From NCBI GenBank assembly GCA_963666835.2, contig CAXXGO010000003.1:288001-352000 (forward strand): a DNA stretch of 64,000 bases. Direction: 5' to 3'. The stretch comes from Phycisphaerae bacterium. GTDB lineage: Bacteria > Planctomycetota > Phycisphaerae > UBA1845. The notes under the pieces were generated by a model. That model saw only the letters and a list, made by a program, of their open reading frames with translations. It had not been told where the DNA came from and made no database searches. The position numbers and the translations under genes were made by a program. The number at the start of each line of letters is the position of its first letter. Position 1 is the first letter of the stretch. This document shows positions 47,104-56,995 of the stretch, piece after piece.

Positions 47104-50100
47104 CTACTTGTTTTCTGCATAGGGTTGGGCGCGCCGCTCGTATTCCTGATACCGCCGGTCAACTACTGACTGAGCATGCTCTGCTAGAGCGGCCGCCCGT
47201 TCCGGCTGGTTCTTCATGAGCATCTTGAACCGGTTCTCCGTTTCCATGTACTCCTTAATCGGGGTTATCGGAGCTTTGGAATCGAGCTGCAAGGGGTTGA
47301 GCCCCTGTGATATCCGGCGCGGGTCGTAACGGTACAACGGCCAATGCCCGCTTTCCACTGCGGCCTTCTGCTGGTGCAACCCGTGCCGCATGTTGATGCC
47401 GTGGGCAATGCAGTGCGAGTAGGCAATAACCAACGACGGCCCATTGTAGCTCTCAGCTTCGACGATGGCCTTGACGGCGTGATTGTCGTTCGCCCCCAAT
47501 GAGATCTGGGTGACGTAGGCGCTGCCGTAGGTCATCGCGATCATACCGAGGTCTTTCTTGCCCGCCGGTTTCCCGCCGGCCGCGAACTTGGCCACCGCTC
47601 CCATCGGGGTGGCCTTCGACATCTGCCCCCCGGTGTTGGAGTAGACTTCCGTATCCAGCACGAGCAGGTTGACGTTGCGTTGGGACGCCAGCACATGATC
47701 GAGTCCGCCGAACCCAATGTCGTACGCCCAGCCGTCGCCGCCGCACCCCCAGACGCTTCGATGGATCAGGTTATCCGCCACGGCCGCAAGATCGAGACAC
47801 TCCGGGGTGCCAAGCTTCTGCAGCTTGTCTTTCAGTTGGGCAACTCGCTCACGTTGGGCAATGATGCCGGCTTCGCCGACTTGGTCCGCGTCGAGAATAG
47901 CTCTAGCCAGGTCGCTACCGATCTGGTCGGCGAGTTTCTCGGTCAGCTCGCGGGCATACTCGGCTTGCTTGTCGATGGACAGCCGGAACCCCAGGGCGAA
48001 CTCGGCCGCATCCTCGAAAAGCGAGTTGGACCAAGTGGGCCCGTGCCCGTCGTTGTTCGTCGTCCACGGCGTCGTCGGCAGGTTGCCGCCGTAGATCGAT
48101 GAACAACCGGTGGCATTCCCGATCACGGCTCGGTCTCCGAAGAGCTGGCTGATCAGCTTTACGTAGGCCGTCTCGCCGCAGCCGGCACAAGCCCCGGAAT
48201 ACTCGAAGAGCGGCTCCAGCAACTGCGACCCTTTGACGGTAGCCAGTTTCAAGGCGCCGCGATCAAACTCCGGCAAGCCGAGGAAGAATCGGTAGTTCTC
48301 CCTCTCCGCTTCCCGCAGCGGTGGTTGCGGAGCCATGTAAATGGCCTTACGCGTCGGCTCGGCCTTGTTCTTGGCCGGGCAGATTTCGACGCAGGTCCCG
48401 CAGCCGGTGCAGTCCTCCGGAGCGATCTGCAGGGTGAACTGCTTATCCTTGAACTCCGGACCGCGGGCCGCGACGGATTTGAAAGACTCAGGTGCTCCGG
48501 CCGAGGCAGACGGATCGTAGATCTTCGCCCGAATAGCCGCGTGCGGGCACACGATGGAACACTTGCAGCACTGGATGCACGTCTCAGCATCCCAGACGGG
48601 CATCTCCAGAGCGATATTGCGTTTCTCCCACTTCGTCGTGCCAGTTGGGAACGTGCCGTCGACAGGCATCGCACTGACCGGCAGCGAATCGCCATTGCCG
48701 GAGATCATCTTGGCCAGCACATCGCGAACGAAGGCCGGCGACTCTTCGGCAACAACCGGAGGTCGGTGGTGCTTGCTGGTTACCTTGTCCGGGATCTTCA
48801 CCTCGAACAGGTTGGCAAGCGTGCCGTCTACGGCCGCGTAGTTCTTCTGAACAACCGCTTCGCCCTTCTTACCGTAGGTCTTGTAGATGGCCTCCTTGAT
48901 TTTCGCGATGGCTTCGTCGCGCGGCAGAACCCCGGAGATGGCGAAGAAGCAGGTCTGCATAATCGTATTGATCCGAGCGCCCATGCCTGTTTCCTTGGCG
49001 ACCTTGTACGCATCGATTACGTACAACTTCATCCGCTTGTTGATGAGCTGCTCTTGGACCTCGATCGGCAGCGTATCCCAGACTTCGTCCGGCCCGGCAA
49101 GGTTGTTCAAGAGGAACGTCCCGCCTTCAGTTGCACAGGCGAGCATGTCGTAGCGATCGAGGAAGACCTGCTGGTGGCAGGCGACGAAGCTGGCCCGCTG
49201 CAGCAAATAGCTGGACCTGATCGGCTTCTTGCCGAACCGCAGGTGGGATACGGTCACCGCTCCGGCCTTCTTTGAATCGTAGACGAAGTAACCTTGAGCG
49301 TAGTTGTCCGTGCCCTCGCCGATGATCTTCACGGAGTTCTTGTTCGCACCGACGGTGCCATCCGAACCGAGACCGAAGAACATGGCCTGCACGGCATCTT
49401 CATCTTCGGTAACAAACCCGGGGTCGTAGTCGATGGAACAATGAGAGACGTCATCCTCGATGCCGACTGCGAAGTGGTTCTTAGGTTTATCCTTGGCCAG
49501 TTCGTCGAAGACTCCCTTGGCCATCGCAGGCGTGAAGTCCTTGGAGGACAGTCCATATCGTCCTCCGACAATCCGCGGCATTGCGGCGAACCGCGCGCCA
49601 GGAGCGGCCATGTGTTCGATCAGAGCCGTGGCCACATCCTGATAAAGCGGCTCACCGGACGCCCCCGGCTCCTTCGTGCGATCGAGCACTCCGATGATCT
49701 TCGTCGTCTTCGGCAGGGCTGCGACAAACCGCTCCGAGTCGAACGGTCGGTACAAGCGGACCTTCAACATGCCGACCTTCTCGCCCTTAGCGGCGAGCAC
49801 ATCGATCGTCTCGTGAACGGATCCCGCTCCGGACCCCATAATGACGACAACACGTTCGGCGTCGGGAGCGCCAACGTAGTCGAAAAGGTGGTACTGCCGC
49901 CCCACCAGCTTGGCGAACTGGTCCATGGCGTCCTGCACCAAGCCCGGACAACGGGCGTAATACGTATTCATCGCCTCGCGAGCCTGGAAGAACACGTCAG
50001 GGTTCTGCGCTGTCCCGCGGAGGATGGGGCGCTCCGGGTTCATCGCCCGCTCGCGGTGCTCCCTGACGAGCTTGTCGTCGATCATAGCCCGCATGTCATC

Positions 50101-50664
50101 GTGGCTTAGCATTTCCGCCTTCGTCACCTCGTGCGACATCCGGAACCCTTCGAAGAAATGCACGAAGGGGATCCGCGAGGCGAGAGTTGCCGAATGGGCA
50201 ATCAGGCCGAGGTCCATTACTTCTTGAACCGTACCGGAAGCCAGCAATGCGAAGCCGGTCGACCTGGCAGCGGCGATGTCGCTGTGGTCGCCGAAGATGG
50301 ACAGCGCATGCGTAGCGACCGTCCGCGCCGATACATGGAAGACCGTCGGAGTGAGCTCTCCGGCAATCTTGAACATGTTTGGGATCATCAGGAGGAGGCC
50401 TTGCGACGCCGTAAACGTGGTTGACAACGCTCCGGTCTGCAAAGCGCCGTGTACAGCCGCGGCGGCTCCCGCCTCGCTCTGCATCTCGGTTACGCTTGGG
50501 ACGCTTCCCCAGATGTTCTTCTTACCCTGGGCTGACCACTCGTCCGCCCATTCACCCATGCCGGAACTTGGTGTAATTGGGTAAATTGCGATAGCCTCGC
50601 TGACGCTGTGCGCCACGTAAGCCGCCGCTTCGTTTCCGTCTATCGTCGCAATCGCTCTGGCCAT
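47104..50664 (-). CDS. nifJ: Pyruvate:ferredoxin (flavodoxin) oxidoreductase
   Basis: DGNEAAA, YPITPS, two 4Fe-4S motifs (CIQCCKC...CP, CTGCGTC...CP), GACAGCGE, GGDGWAYDIG; start at ATG 50664. Confidence 0.96.
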   Translation of the reverse strand: MARAIATIDGNEAAAYVAHSVSEAIAIYPITPSSGMGEWADEWSAQGKKNIWGSVPSVTEMQSEAGAAAAVHGALQTGALSTTFTASQGLLLMIPNMFKIAGELTPTVFHVSARTVATHALSIFGDHSDIAAARSTGFALLASGTVQEVMDLGLIAHSATLASRIPFVHFFEGFRMSHEVTKAEMLSHDDMRAMIDDKLVREHRERAMNPERPILRGTAQNPDVFFQAREAMNTYYARCPGLVQDAMDQFAKLVGRQYHLFDYVGAPDAERVVVIMGSGAGSVHETIDVLAAKGEKVGMLKVRLYRPFDSERFVAALPKTTKIIGVLDRTKEPGASGEPLYQDVATALIEHMAAPGARFAAMPRIVGGRYGLSSKDFTPAMAKGVFDELAKDKPKNHFAVGIEDDVSHCSIDYDPGFVTEDEDAVQAMFFGLGSDGTVGANKNSVKIIGEGTDNYAQGYFVYDSKKAGAVTVSHLRFGKKPIRSSYLLQRASFVACHQQVFLDRYDMLACATEGGTFLLNNLAGPDEVWDTLPIEVQEQLINKRMKLYVIDAYKVAKETGMGARINTIMQTCFFAISGVLPRDEAIAKIKEAIYKTYGKKGEAVVQKNYAAVDGTLANLFEVKIPDKVTSKHHRPPVVAEESPAFVRDVLAKMISGNGDSLPVSAMPVDGTFPTGTTKWEKRNIALEMPVWDAETCIQCCKCSIVCPHAAIRAKIYDPSASAGAPESFKSVAARGPEFKDKQFTLQIAPEDCTGCGTCVEICPAKNKAEPTRKAIYMAPQPPLREAERENYRFFLGLPEFDRGALKLATVKGSQLLEPLFEYSGACAGCGETAYVKLISQLFGDRAVIGNATGCSSIYGGNLPTTPWTTNNDGHGPTWSNSLFEDAAEFALGFRLSIDKQAEYARELTEKLADQIGSDLARAILDADQVGEAGIIAQRERVAQLKDKLQKLGTPECLDLAAVADNLIHRSVWGCGGDGWAYDIGFGGLDHVLASQRNVNLLVLDTEVYSNTGGQMSKATPMGAVAKFAAGGKPAGKKDLGMIAMTYGSAYVTQISLGANDNHAVKAIVEAESYNGPSLVIAYSHCIAHGINMRHGLHQQKAAVESGHWPLYRYDPRRISQGLNPLQLDSKAPITPIKEYMETENRFKMLMKNQPERAAALAEHAQSVVDRRYQEYERRAQPYAENK

Positions 50665-51115
50665 AATGATCCGTCCTAAACCAGGACCCTGTTGAAAAGA
50701 TAACCACGCCTGAGGCTTACGCTGGTTGATCGACCAAACCGCCGCCTGGGGCCCCGTCACCTCATGGATAGGCTGGAATTCCCTACCGGCGCAAACCAAC
50801 CACCGTGCACCGATAACCAAGCTTAGCAAATGCCGTTCCAGATCACCAGTATGGCCATGTTTTCATGCCCTGGTTTATTTCGAGGGCCCGCTCTCACCGC
50901 CCCCCTCTGAGGGATCTTGTCACGCTGGCGACCGATTTGCTGCCCGCCGGAAGTGTCGTAAAAGCGTCCGGAATCCGGTACAATTGGCGTTTTCGAGGGC
51001 ATACTAAGCTCATGGCCGGCGCTGGCAGAATGTCGCTCGGGCGACCTCTTGAAGAGGGGCCGGGGTGGAGATGCGAAAAAGACCGGGCGCGGCGTAATCA
51101 AGGAGTCCGGATTCG

Positions 51116-52675
51116 ATGATTCAGGGAAAGATAGGGCACCATCAGCGTGTGGGGTATTTCTTGGGGGTACTGTTCCTGTCAGTTGCCACAGGTGCGAGTC
51201 TGGCTGACCCACCGGCCGGGTACTACGACTCGGTGGACGCGACGGATGCGACAGCCCTTCGGACCACCCTGCACGCGGTGATCGACGACCACACGAAGAT
51301 ACCGTACACGTCCAGCTCGACCGATACGTGGGACGTTCTTGAAGAGGCTCAGGAGGATCCCGGCAACGGTTCCAACATCCTCGACGTTTACGGGAACCAG
51401 AGCATCCCGAAGTTTGGCGGCGGCACCGGCGATTACAATCGCGAACATAGTTGGCCGAAATCTTACGGTTTCCCGAATGACGGTTCAGCCAACTACCCGT
51501 ATTCGGATTGCCACCAGCTTTTCTTGTGCGACGTTGGCTACAACTCGGATCGGGGGCACATGCCCTTTCGCGATTGCGATGCCGGATGCACCGAACGACC
51601 GACCGAGGTCAACAACGGCCAGGGTGGTGGGAGCGGAACCTATCCCGGTAACTCCAACTGGTTCAGCGGCAGCTCTGTGTCCGGTATCTGGGAGACCTGG
51701 ATCGGGATGCGCGGTGACATTGCTCGGGCGCAGTTCTACATGGATGTCCGGTACGAGGGCGGCACGCACGGAGGTACCGGGTATTGGGAACCCGATTTGA
51801 TACTGACGGACGATCAGGCCCTGATGGCGGCGAGCCAGACCGGCAGCAACGAATCCGTGGCCTACATGGGCGAGCTGTCGGTGCTTCTGCAATGGCACGA
51901 GGACGATCCGGTCGACGACTTCGAACGTCAGCGCAACGACGTGGTCTTCAACTATCAAGGAAACCGAAACCCGTTCGTCGACAACCCGGACTGGGTGGAC
52001 TGTATTTTCGGTGACGCTTGTGATCCGGGCGGACCGGGAGAGGACGGTGACGCCTGGATCAATGAGATTCACTACGATAACACCGGCGGTGACACCGACG
52101 AGGGCGTCGAAATCGCCGGCCCGGCAGGGCTCAACCTCTCCGGGTGGTCGCTCGTCGGGTACAACGGAAGCACATCCCTGCAGTACGACACTGTCTTCCT
52201 TTCCGGCGTCTTGTCGGACCAGCAAGGTGGATTCGGGACCCTCTGGTTCGCGTTCGCCGGTTTGCAGAATGGCGACCCGGACGGTGTCGCCCTGCTGAAC
52301 GATTCGGATGAGGTCGTCGAGTTTCTCAGTTATGAGGGGTCTTTCACGGCCTCTGACGGCCCAGCATCGGGGTTGACGCCCGTGGACATCAACGTTTATG
52401 AACCGAGTGACACCCCCGTCGGTCAGTCGCTGCAATTGCAGGGAACCGGAAACAAGGCGAGTGATTTCACCTGGGCCTCTCCTGCCGCGCATAGTCGCGG
52501 GGCAGTGAACGACGGTCAGACTTTCATTCCAAGCGCCGGCGATGTACCAACCGTTTCGTCCTGGGGTCTGATCACAATGGTCCTGTTGACCCTCACGGCC
52601 GGAACCGTCGTGTTCAGGCGAGCGCGGGGGTTGGCAATGCAGCTCAGTGGGACGATCCGGCCGTTTCACTCCTAG
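51116..52675 (+). CDS. Extracellular endonuclease I (Bsn/EndA-like) + lamin-tail-like domain + IPTL-CTERM-like anchor
   Basis: NREHSWPKS, RGDIARAQFYMDVRYEG, QGNRNPFVD; WINEIHYDN; VPTVSSWGL + TM + RR. Confidence 0.85.
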   Translation: MIQGKIGHHQRVGYFLGVLFLSVATGASLADPPAGYYDSVDATDATALRTTLHAVIDDHTKIPYTSSSTDTWDVLEEAQEDPGNGSNILDVYGNQSIPKFGGGTGDYNREHSWPKSYGFPNDGSANYPYSDCHQLFLCDVGYNSDRGHMPFRDCDAGCTERPTEVNNGQGGGSGTYPGNSNWFSGSSVSGIWETWIGMRGDIARAQFYMDVRYEGGTHGGTGYWEPDLILTDDQALMAASQTGSNESVAYMGELSVLLQWHEDDPVDDFERQRNDVVFNYQGNRNPFVDNPDWVDCIFGDACDPGGPGEDGDAWINEIHYDNTGGDTDEGVEIAGPAGLNLSGWSLVGYNGSTSLQYDTVFLSGVLSDQQGGFGTLWFAFAGLQNGDPDGVALLNDSDEVVEFLSYEGSFTASDGPASGLTPVDINVYEPSDTPVGQSLQLQGTGNKASDFTWASPAAHSRGAVNDGQTFIPSAGDVPTVSSWGLITMVLLTLTAGTVVFRRARGLAMQLSGTIRPFHS

Positions 52676-52837
52676 AACCTGTGAGCACCGAGGAGTTGAC
52701 CAGACGGGCTGAGGCCACGAACGCCCGCCGATCAACTCCTTGGCGTCTTCGAACCGCTGATAAGACCGTTCGCCGAAAGCGTGTTGGCACCGTGAGCGGA
52801 AACCCGCTAGGAACCGGTCTCTTTCTTCAATGGTCCG

Positions 52838-54928
52838 CTACGGGCAGTCGGTCGGATCACTAAACGGATACGCCTCGCCTTCGAATCCCGCCACGGCACG
52901 TTGAACGTCGGTCATATTTACGACCGCGTTGGGCACCTCAGGGTCAAGGTCTGCCCAGGTCATGGGAGGAGCGCCGGCCGCGCCGGAGAATCGCTGGAGG
53001 ATCGCCTGGATGTCGCCAAGATTCACGATGCCGTCGGGAGCCGCCCATGCCCCCTCATTGAAACCGCCCACCAGATCGCCCCAGTTTTTCGGCGACGGAA
53101 GACCCACAGTGCTCACTTCCACCGGGGCCTCGAACGAGACGCCGTCGAGCGTCGCCGACATTTCGTAAGTAGCGGCAGGCGTGATCTCGCAGTCACCCAC
53201 TCGCACCACCTCGGGCCAAGCATTACTATAATGAGCGAAGTCGGCAACCCGAGCCACGCCATCTTCATCCGGTTCACCGACCCAACCCAGGACTCCAACC
53301 GAGCCGGGGAAGAACTCGCTGGCGGTCATTTCCACGAGGTACGCAACGTTGCCCTCGGTATCGTCGGTACCGAATGACACATAGCGGTTCGTCGGGGCGG
53401 CCGCCGTTTGCACGACAAGCTCATCGTTTTCTGCGTTGTCATCACCCGCCAGCGTGGCGGTCACGGTTACCGTGTATTCCGCTCCGGTTGAGCCCGCCAC
53501 CTGCCAGGGGGCGAACTCCGCCACGTCGCCGCTACCGCCGGGCACGCTGACGGGGATGGTATCGCTGTACACGACGATTCCTTCGCTTTCGATAACGCAC
53601 GCAACGTCAAACTCCGCTTCGGTGCCGCGGAAATTCCGTACGGTGGCGGAAGGAACATGAACTTCCGAGACTGCTATCGCTTGGGGTACGTCGATCGCGG
53701 TGACCCCCACGTCCGGGGCGCCGGTACCGAGGGCATACAAATTGCCGTCGAAGCTACCGATGTATAGGTAGCCGTTGTCGTCAATTGTCGGGGAGGATTC
53801 AATCCCATCGAGCGTTTCGAACGTCCATCGAACACTGCCATCCGGATATAGCGCGTAGATCATCGCATCACGGGAACCGAAGTAGATGATTCCATCCCCA
53901 TCCACCGTTGGTGAACCGTCCACAATACCACCCGTAAGGAACTTCCATTTGAGAACGCCTTGCGAACCGGTATCCGTTACGGCATAGAGATAGCCGTCGT
54001 ACGATCCGAAGTAGATGGTCCCGTCCGGACCGATGGCCGGGCTTGATTCCACCCCGTCTTCAGTATCGAAAGACCACTTCAGGCTTCCGTCCGGGTTCAC
54101 TGCCCAGAAGTTGGTGTCGACAACAACCGGGGTCTGCCCCGCAGCGCCATATGGATCCGTGCCGAAGTAGATGGTGCCATCCGCACCGATAGCCGGAGAC
54201 GAGTCCACCAGGTGACCGTCGTAGAAGGTCCCGGCCGCAAACCGCCAGATGTATCCTTCGAGGTCGTCGTCGAACGCAAAAAGGCGATGGTCCTTGGATC
54301 CGATGTAGATCGTCCCGTCGTCGCCGATCGCGGGCGAGGAAATAATGCACCACTCGGTGCCCCAACTCCAATTCACCGAGCCGTCGTCCGGGTCGAGGGC
54401 GTAGAACCTGAAACTCGGACTGCCCACATAGACTGTCCCGTCATCGCCAACAACCGGAGAGGAAAGCGCGAACAGGTAGTCCAGATACGTTTTCCACTTC
54501 AGCTCCGCGTGGGTTTCGAGATCTTCGATCGCGTAGATGTGCCCGTCCAGAGACGTGATGTATATTATCCCGTTCGGGCCAAGCGCCGCCGAAGAAAAGA
54601 ACCCGTCGCCGCCCTCGAAGCTCCACTTGAGGGTCCCGTCCTGGTTCAGGGCGTAGACGTTGTGATCATCTGCTCCAAAGAAGTGCCATCCTGAGCCGAA
54701 GTAGATCGTGCCGTCCGTTCCGATCGTAGGCGAGGACACGATGCCGTCATTCGTTGGGAACGTCCACGCGAGCGTAGGGCTAGCCGGGCCCGTGTAGGGT
54801 GTGGCTCCGGTATGTTTCGCGTCGTGTCGAAACATCGGCCAGGGGCTCTCTTGCGCCACTGCCGACGCGGAAGACAGGGACATGAAGAGCGCAATGCTCA
54901 CGGTTATTCTGGAAGCGTTCCGGTACAT
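52838..54928 (-). CDS. Secreted PQQ-like beta-propeller protein with Ig-like domain and NRY + dockerin-like C-terminal module
   Basis: WPMFRHD, repeated SSP.IG.DGTIYFGS...DG.LKW.F; C-terminus aligns with that of the 23705-27274 protein. Confidence 0.8.
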   Translation of the reverse strand: MYRNASRITVSIALFMSLSSASAVAQESPWPMFRHDAKHTGATPYTGPASPTLAWTFPTNDGIVSSPTIGTDGTIYFGSGWHFFGADDHNVYALNQDGTLKWSFEGGDGFFSSAALGPNGIIYITSLDGHIYAIEDLETHAELKWKTYLDYLFALSSPVVGDDGTVYVGSPSFRFYALDPDDGSVNWSWGTEWCIISSPAIGDDGTIYIGSKDHRLFAFDDDLEGYIWRFAAGTFYDGHLVDSSPAIGADGTIYFGTDPYGAAGQTPVVVDTNFWAVNPDGSLKWSFDTEDGVESSPAIGPDGTIYFGSYDGYLYAVTDTGSQGVLKWKFLTGGIVDGSPTVDGDGIIYFGSRDAMIYALYPDGSVRWTFETLDGIESSPTIDDNGYLYIGSFDGNLYALGTGAPDVGVTAIDVPQAIAVSEVHVPSATVRNFRGTEAEFDVACVIESEGIVVYSDTIPVSVPGGSGDVAEFAPWQVAGSTGAEYTVTVTATLAGDDNAENDELVVQTAAAPTNRYVSFGTDDTEGNVAYLVEMTASEFFPGSVGVLGWVGEPDEDGVARVADFAHYSNAWPEVVRVGDCEITPAATYEMSATLDGVSFEAPVEVSTVGLPSPKNWGDLVGGFNEGAWAAPDGIVNLGDIQAILQRFSGAAGAPPMTWADLDPEVPNAVVNMTDVQRAVAGFEGEAYPFSDPTDCP

Positions 54929-55407
54929 GATTCGACCTCCATCGTTAAGTGAAACCTGTAGTTCGCCGCTGGGCTGGACTGCTGTCCGGACCTACCCGGG
55001 CTGCGTCAGCGCCTTGAGCACCAGCCGGTTGCAACTCTGTCGCAACCGTTAACATATCTCATCAGCTATCATATAGCAGCCGGGACAGCAGGGCAAGCGT
55101 TATCGGCCGAACAAGCCTGGAAAAGTCGGAAAACGCCCGGTAGATGCACGCTAAGCCGGAAGCGGGCGGGGTCCTAGCAGGATATCACCTCGGGCTGAAC
55201 GAGCGTCTCGGTTTCGGCGGCGCGCGAAACCGCGGGCCACTACGCGAATCGGTTGCGTGATGGCTCGACACATCCCGCATGCCTTGCACAGCCTGCGAAT
55301 CGCGGGATATTCTTGCATCGGCGCTGAGACTTGCGTACGCTGTTAAGAGGCTCGGAGGGTACTGTAGTGTACTCGCCCCGCAACGAGTCTTGGACGGAGG
55401 ATGAAAA

Positions 55408-56118
55408 ATGAGCATGCGCGGCACTTCGTGGCTCGGTCTTTCAGTTGTCACTCTCTCGGCTGCCGGAGCCAACATGGCGGTGGGACATCCCCGTTACTTC
55501 AACGCGGAGGACGATGGCTGTCGAGCCTGTCACGGCTCGTTTAGCGGGCCGGTCTCTCCGAAGGGAACCGTTTTCCCGGCGAGCAACAAACACACGATGC
55601 ACTTGGGCTCGGGCTATATGGATACGGACTGCACGCTTTGTCACACCGACGGTGACGGCTTCAATCCGTTCCTCGGCTCCTCGGATGGGGCGACGGGCGT
55701 TCCCGGGGTCGGCTGCACGGGGTGTCATGGTCGTGACTACGGCGGGGCGCTTGGCGACAGTGCAGTCGGTCTTCGAGCCCAACACCTGTTGGCCGGCGAG
55801 ACCGGGTGCTTGGTTTGCCATCCCGGTGACCCTACCCCCCTACCGGAGGACGTTGCCCCTTCATACTACGGCATCGCCGAGACGAACGTGGATGACCCGT
55901 GTAATGGGAGCCCGGCTCATTTGGAGAACTGGTCAGTCGGTGACACCGCGGGACTGGACAATGACGGCGACGGCGTGTACGACCAGCTCGACTCCGACTG
56001 CGGGGGACCCTCAGAAGTGCCGGCCGTTTCCGAGTGGGGGCTGATTATCTTTGCGCTGATAATGCTGGTAAGCGCCGACATCTGCATCAGCCGGCGGGCA
56101 TCACCCGTGGAGCTATAA
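55408..56118 (+). CDS. Tetraheme c-type cytochrome with IPTL-CTERM-like tail
   Basis: Signal peptide; CRACH, CTLCH, CTGCH, CLVCH; VPAVSEWGL + TM + RR. Confidence 0.8.
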   Translation: MSMRGTSWLGLSVVTLSAAGANMAVGHPRYFNAEDDGCRACHGSFSGPVSPKGTVFPASNKHTMHLGSGYMDTDCTLCHTDGDGFNPFLGSSDGATGVPGVGCTGCHGRDYGGALGDSAVGLRAQHLLAGETGCLVCHPGDPTPLPEDVAPSYYGIAETNVDDPCNGSPAHLENWSVGDTAGLDNDGDGVYDQLDSDCGGPSEVPAVSEWGLIIFALIMLVSADICISRRASPVEL

Positions 56119-56127
56119 CCGATTGCG

Positions 56128-56595
56128 CTAGCGGCGAGTCTGGGGAGGAACCCTGTCCAGCCAACCGGCGTCAACGATGCCCCACATGCCGATCAGGATT
56201 GCCTCTGCCGCGTCGTGGCGGAGTGATGTCGGACGCGTCGCCTGCGACCACTCTATTACCCGGCGGGCCATCTCCCCCGCCGTTCGCTTGGCTTGTTTAC
56301 CGTTGCGTTGTTCACGTGGATAGAACAAGGCGTCCCGCCAATCCTCCGCACTGATTCGGCGAACCAACACGCGGTGATTCTCCGCTTCGCGTTCCCAGAT
56401 TTCAGCCAGGGTCCCCCCGCCCTCGAGCACCAGGACGGCCAGAGTCGGTAGATCATTCAGCAAGCCATGAACTCGGCGCCGGAGACGATCGGCCGTCCCG
56501 AAGTTGCGAGAGCGATACCAGTGTAGGCGCCCGTTCCTCCCGTATAACGCCAGCCCCGTCTTGAGCCCCAGATCGACTGCAAGCAAAGTGTCCAT
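56128..56595 (-). CDS. Hypothetical protein, RNase H-like / RuvC-like fold
   Basis: LLAVDLGLKTGLA, VLVLEGG, HDAAEAILIG pattern. Confidence 0.6.
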   Translation of the reverse strand: MDTLLAVDLGLKTGLALYGRNGRLHWYRSRNFGTADRLRRRVHGLLNDLPTLAVLVLEGGGTLAEIWEREAENHRVLVRRISAEDWRDALFYPREQRNGKQAKRTAGEMARRVIEWSQATRPTSLRHDAAEAILIGMWGIVDAGWLDRVPPQTRR

Positions 56596-56995
56596 GCTGC
56601 CCAACCGTTCCCCAACCCAATTCGCCCGCCCCACGGGTCCAGATTATACCAACGCCCGACACCTCTACAACGCGGCTCCCGGAAGTTGGGGCAAGACCTC
56701 ACGTCACCTACAGATTCGAACCGGCCGGACCCGAGGCACTGCTCATGAGCAGCCGCGCACCCGAAGACCCGGGCGTGACGTGGCACTACGAGTACCACGT
56801 GTCGAAGCGCTGTTTGATCTCGCATTGTCCGAGTATGCGCAGGAGTTGATCGTCGCGACCGAGAACGACCGGACTTCCACTGCCCGATCGACTTCTCGTT
56901 AGTGTCGCGCGCGATGTTCTCGGTCGCAGCGTACGGAACGGCAGCTTCGGTATTGTAAGGTTAAGGATCAGTCTGTCCGCAAGGGGAAAGAAGGC

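Noticed and set aside
51485..52735. 416-aa antisense ORF, and similar long shadow ORFs (31882-32958, 33792-34763, 48325-49275)
   Set aside because: Opposite well-supported genes; typical GC-rich antisense shadows with no motifs
11104..55840. KOPS (GGGNAGGG) polarity converging on the dif-like site
   Set aside because: The few instances spotted by eye occur in both orientations on the left side; inconclusive without a full count
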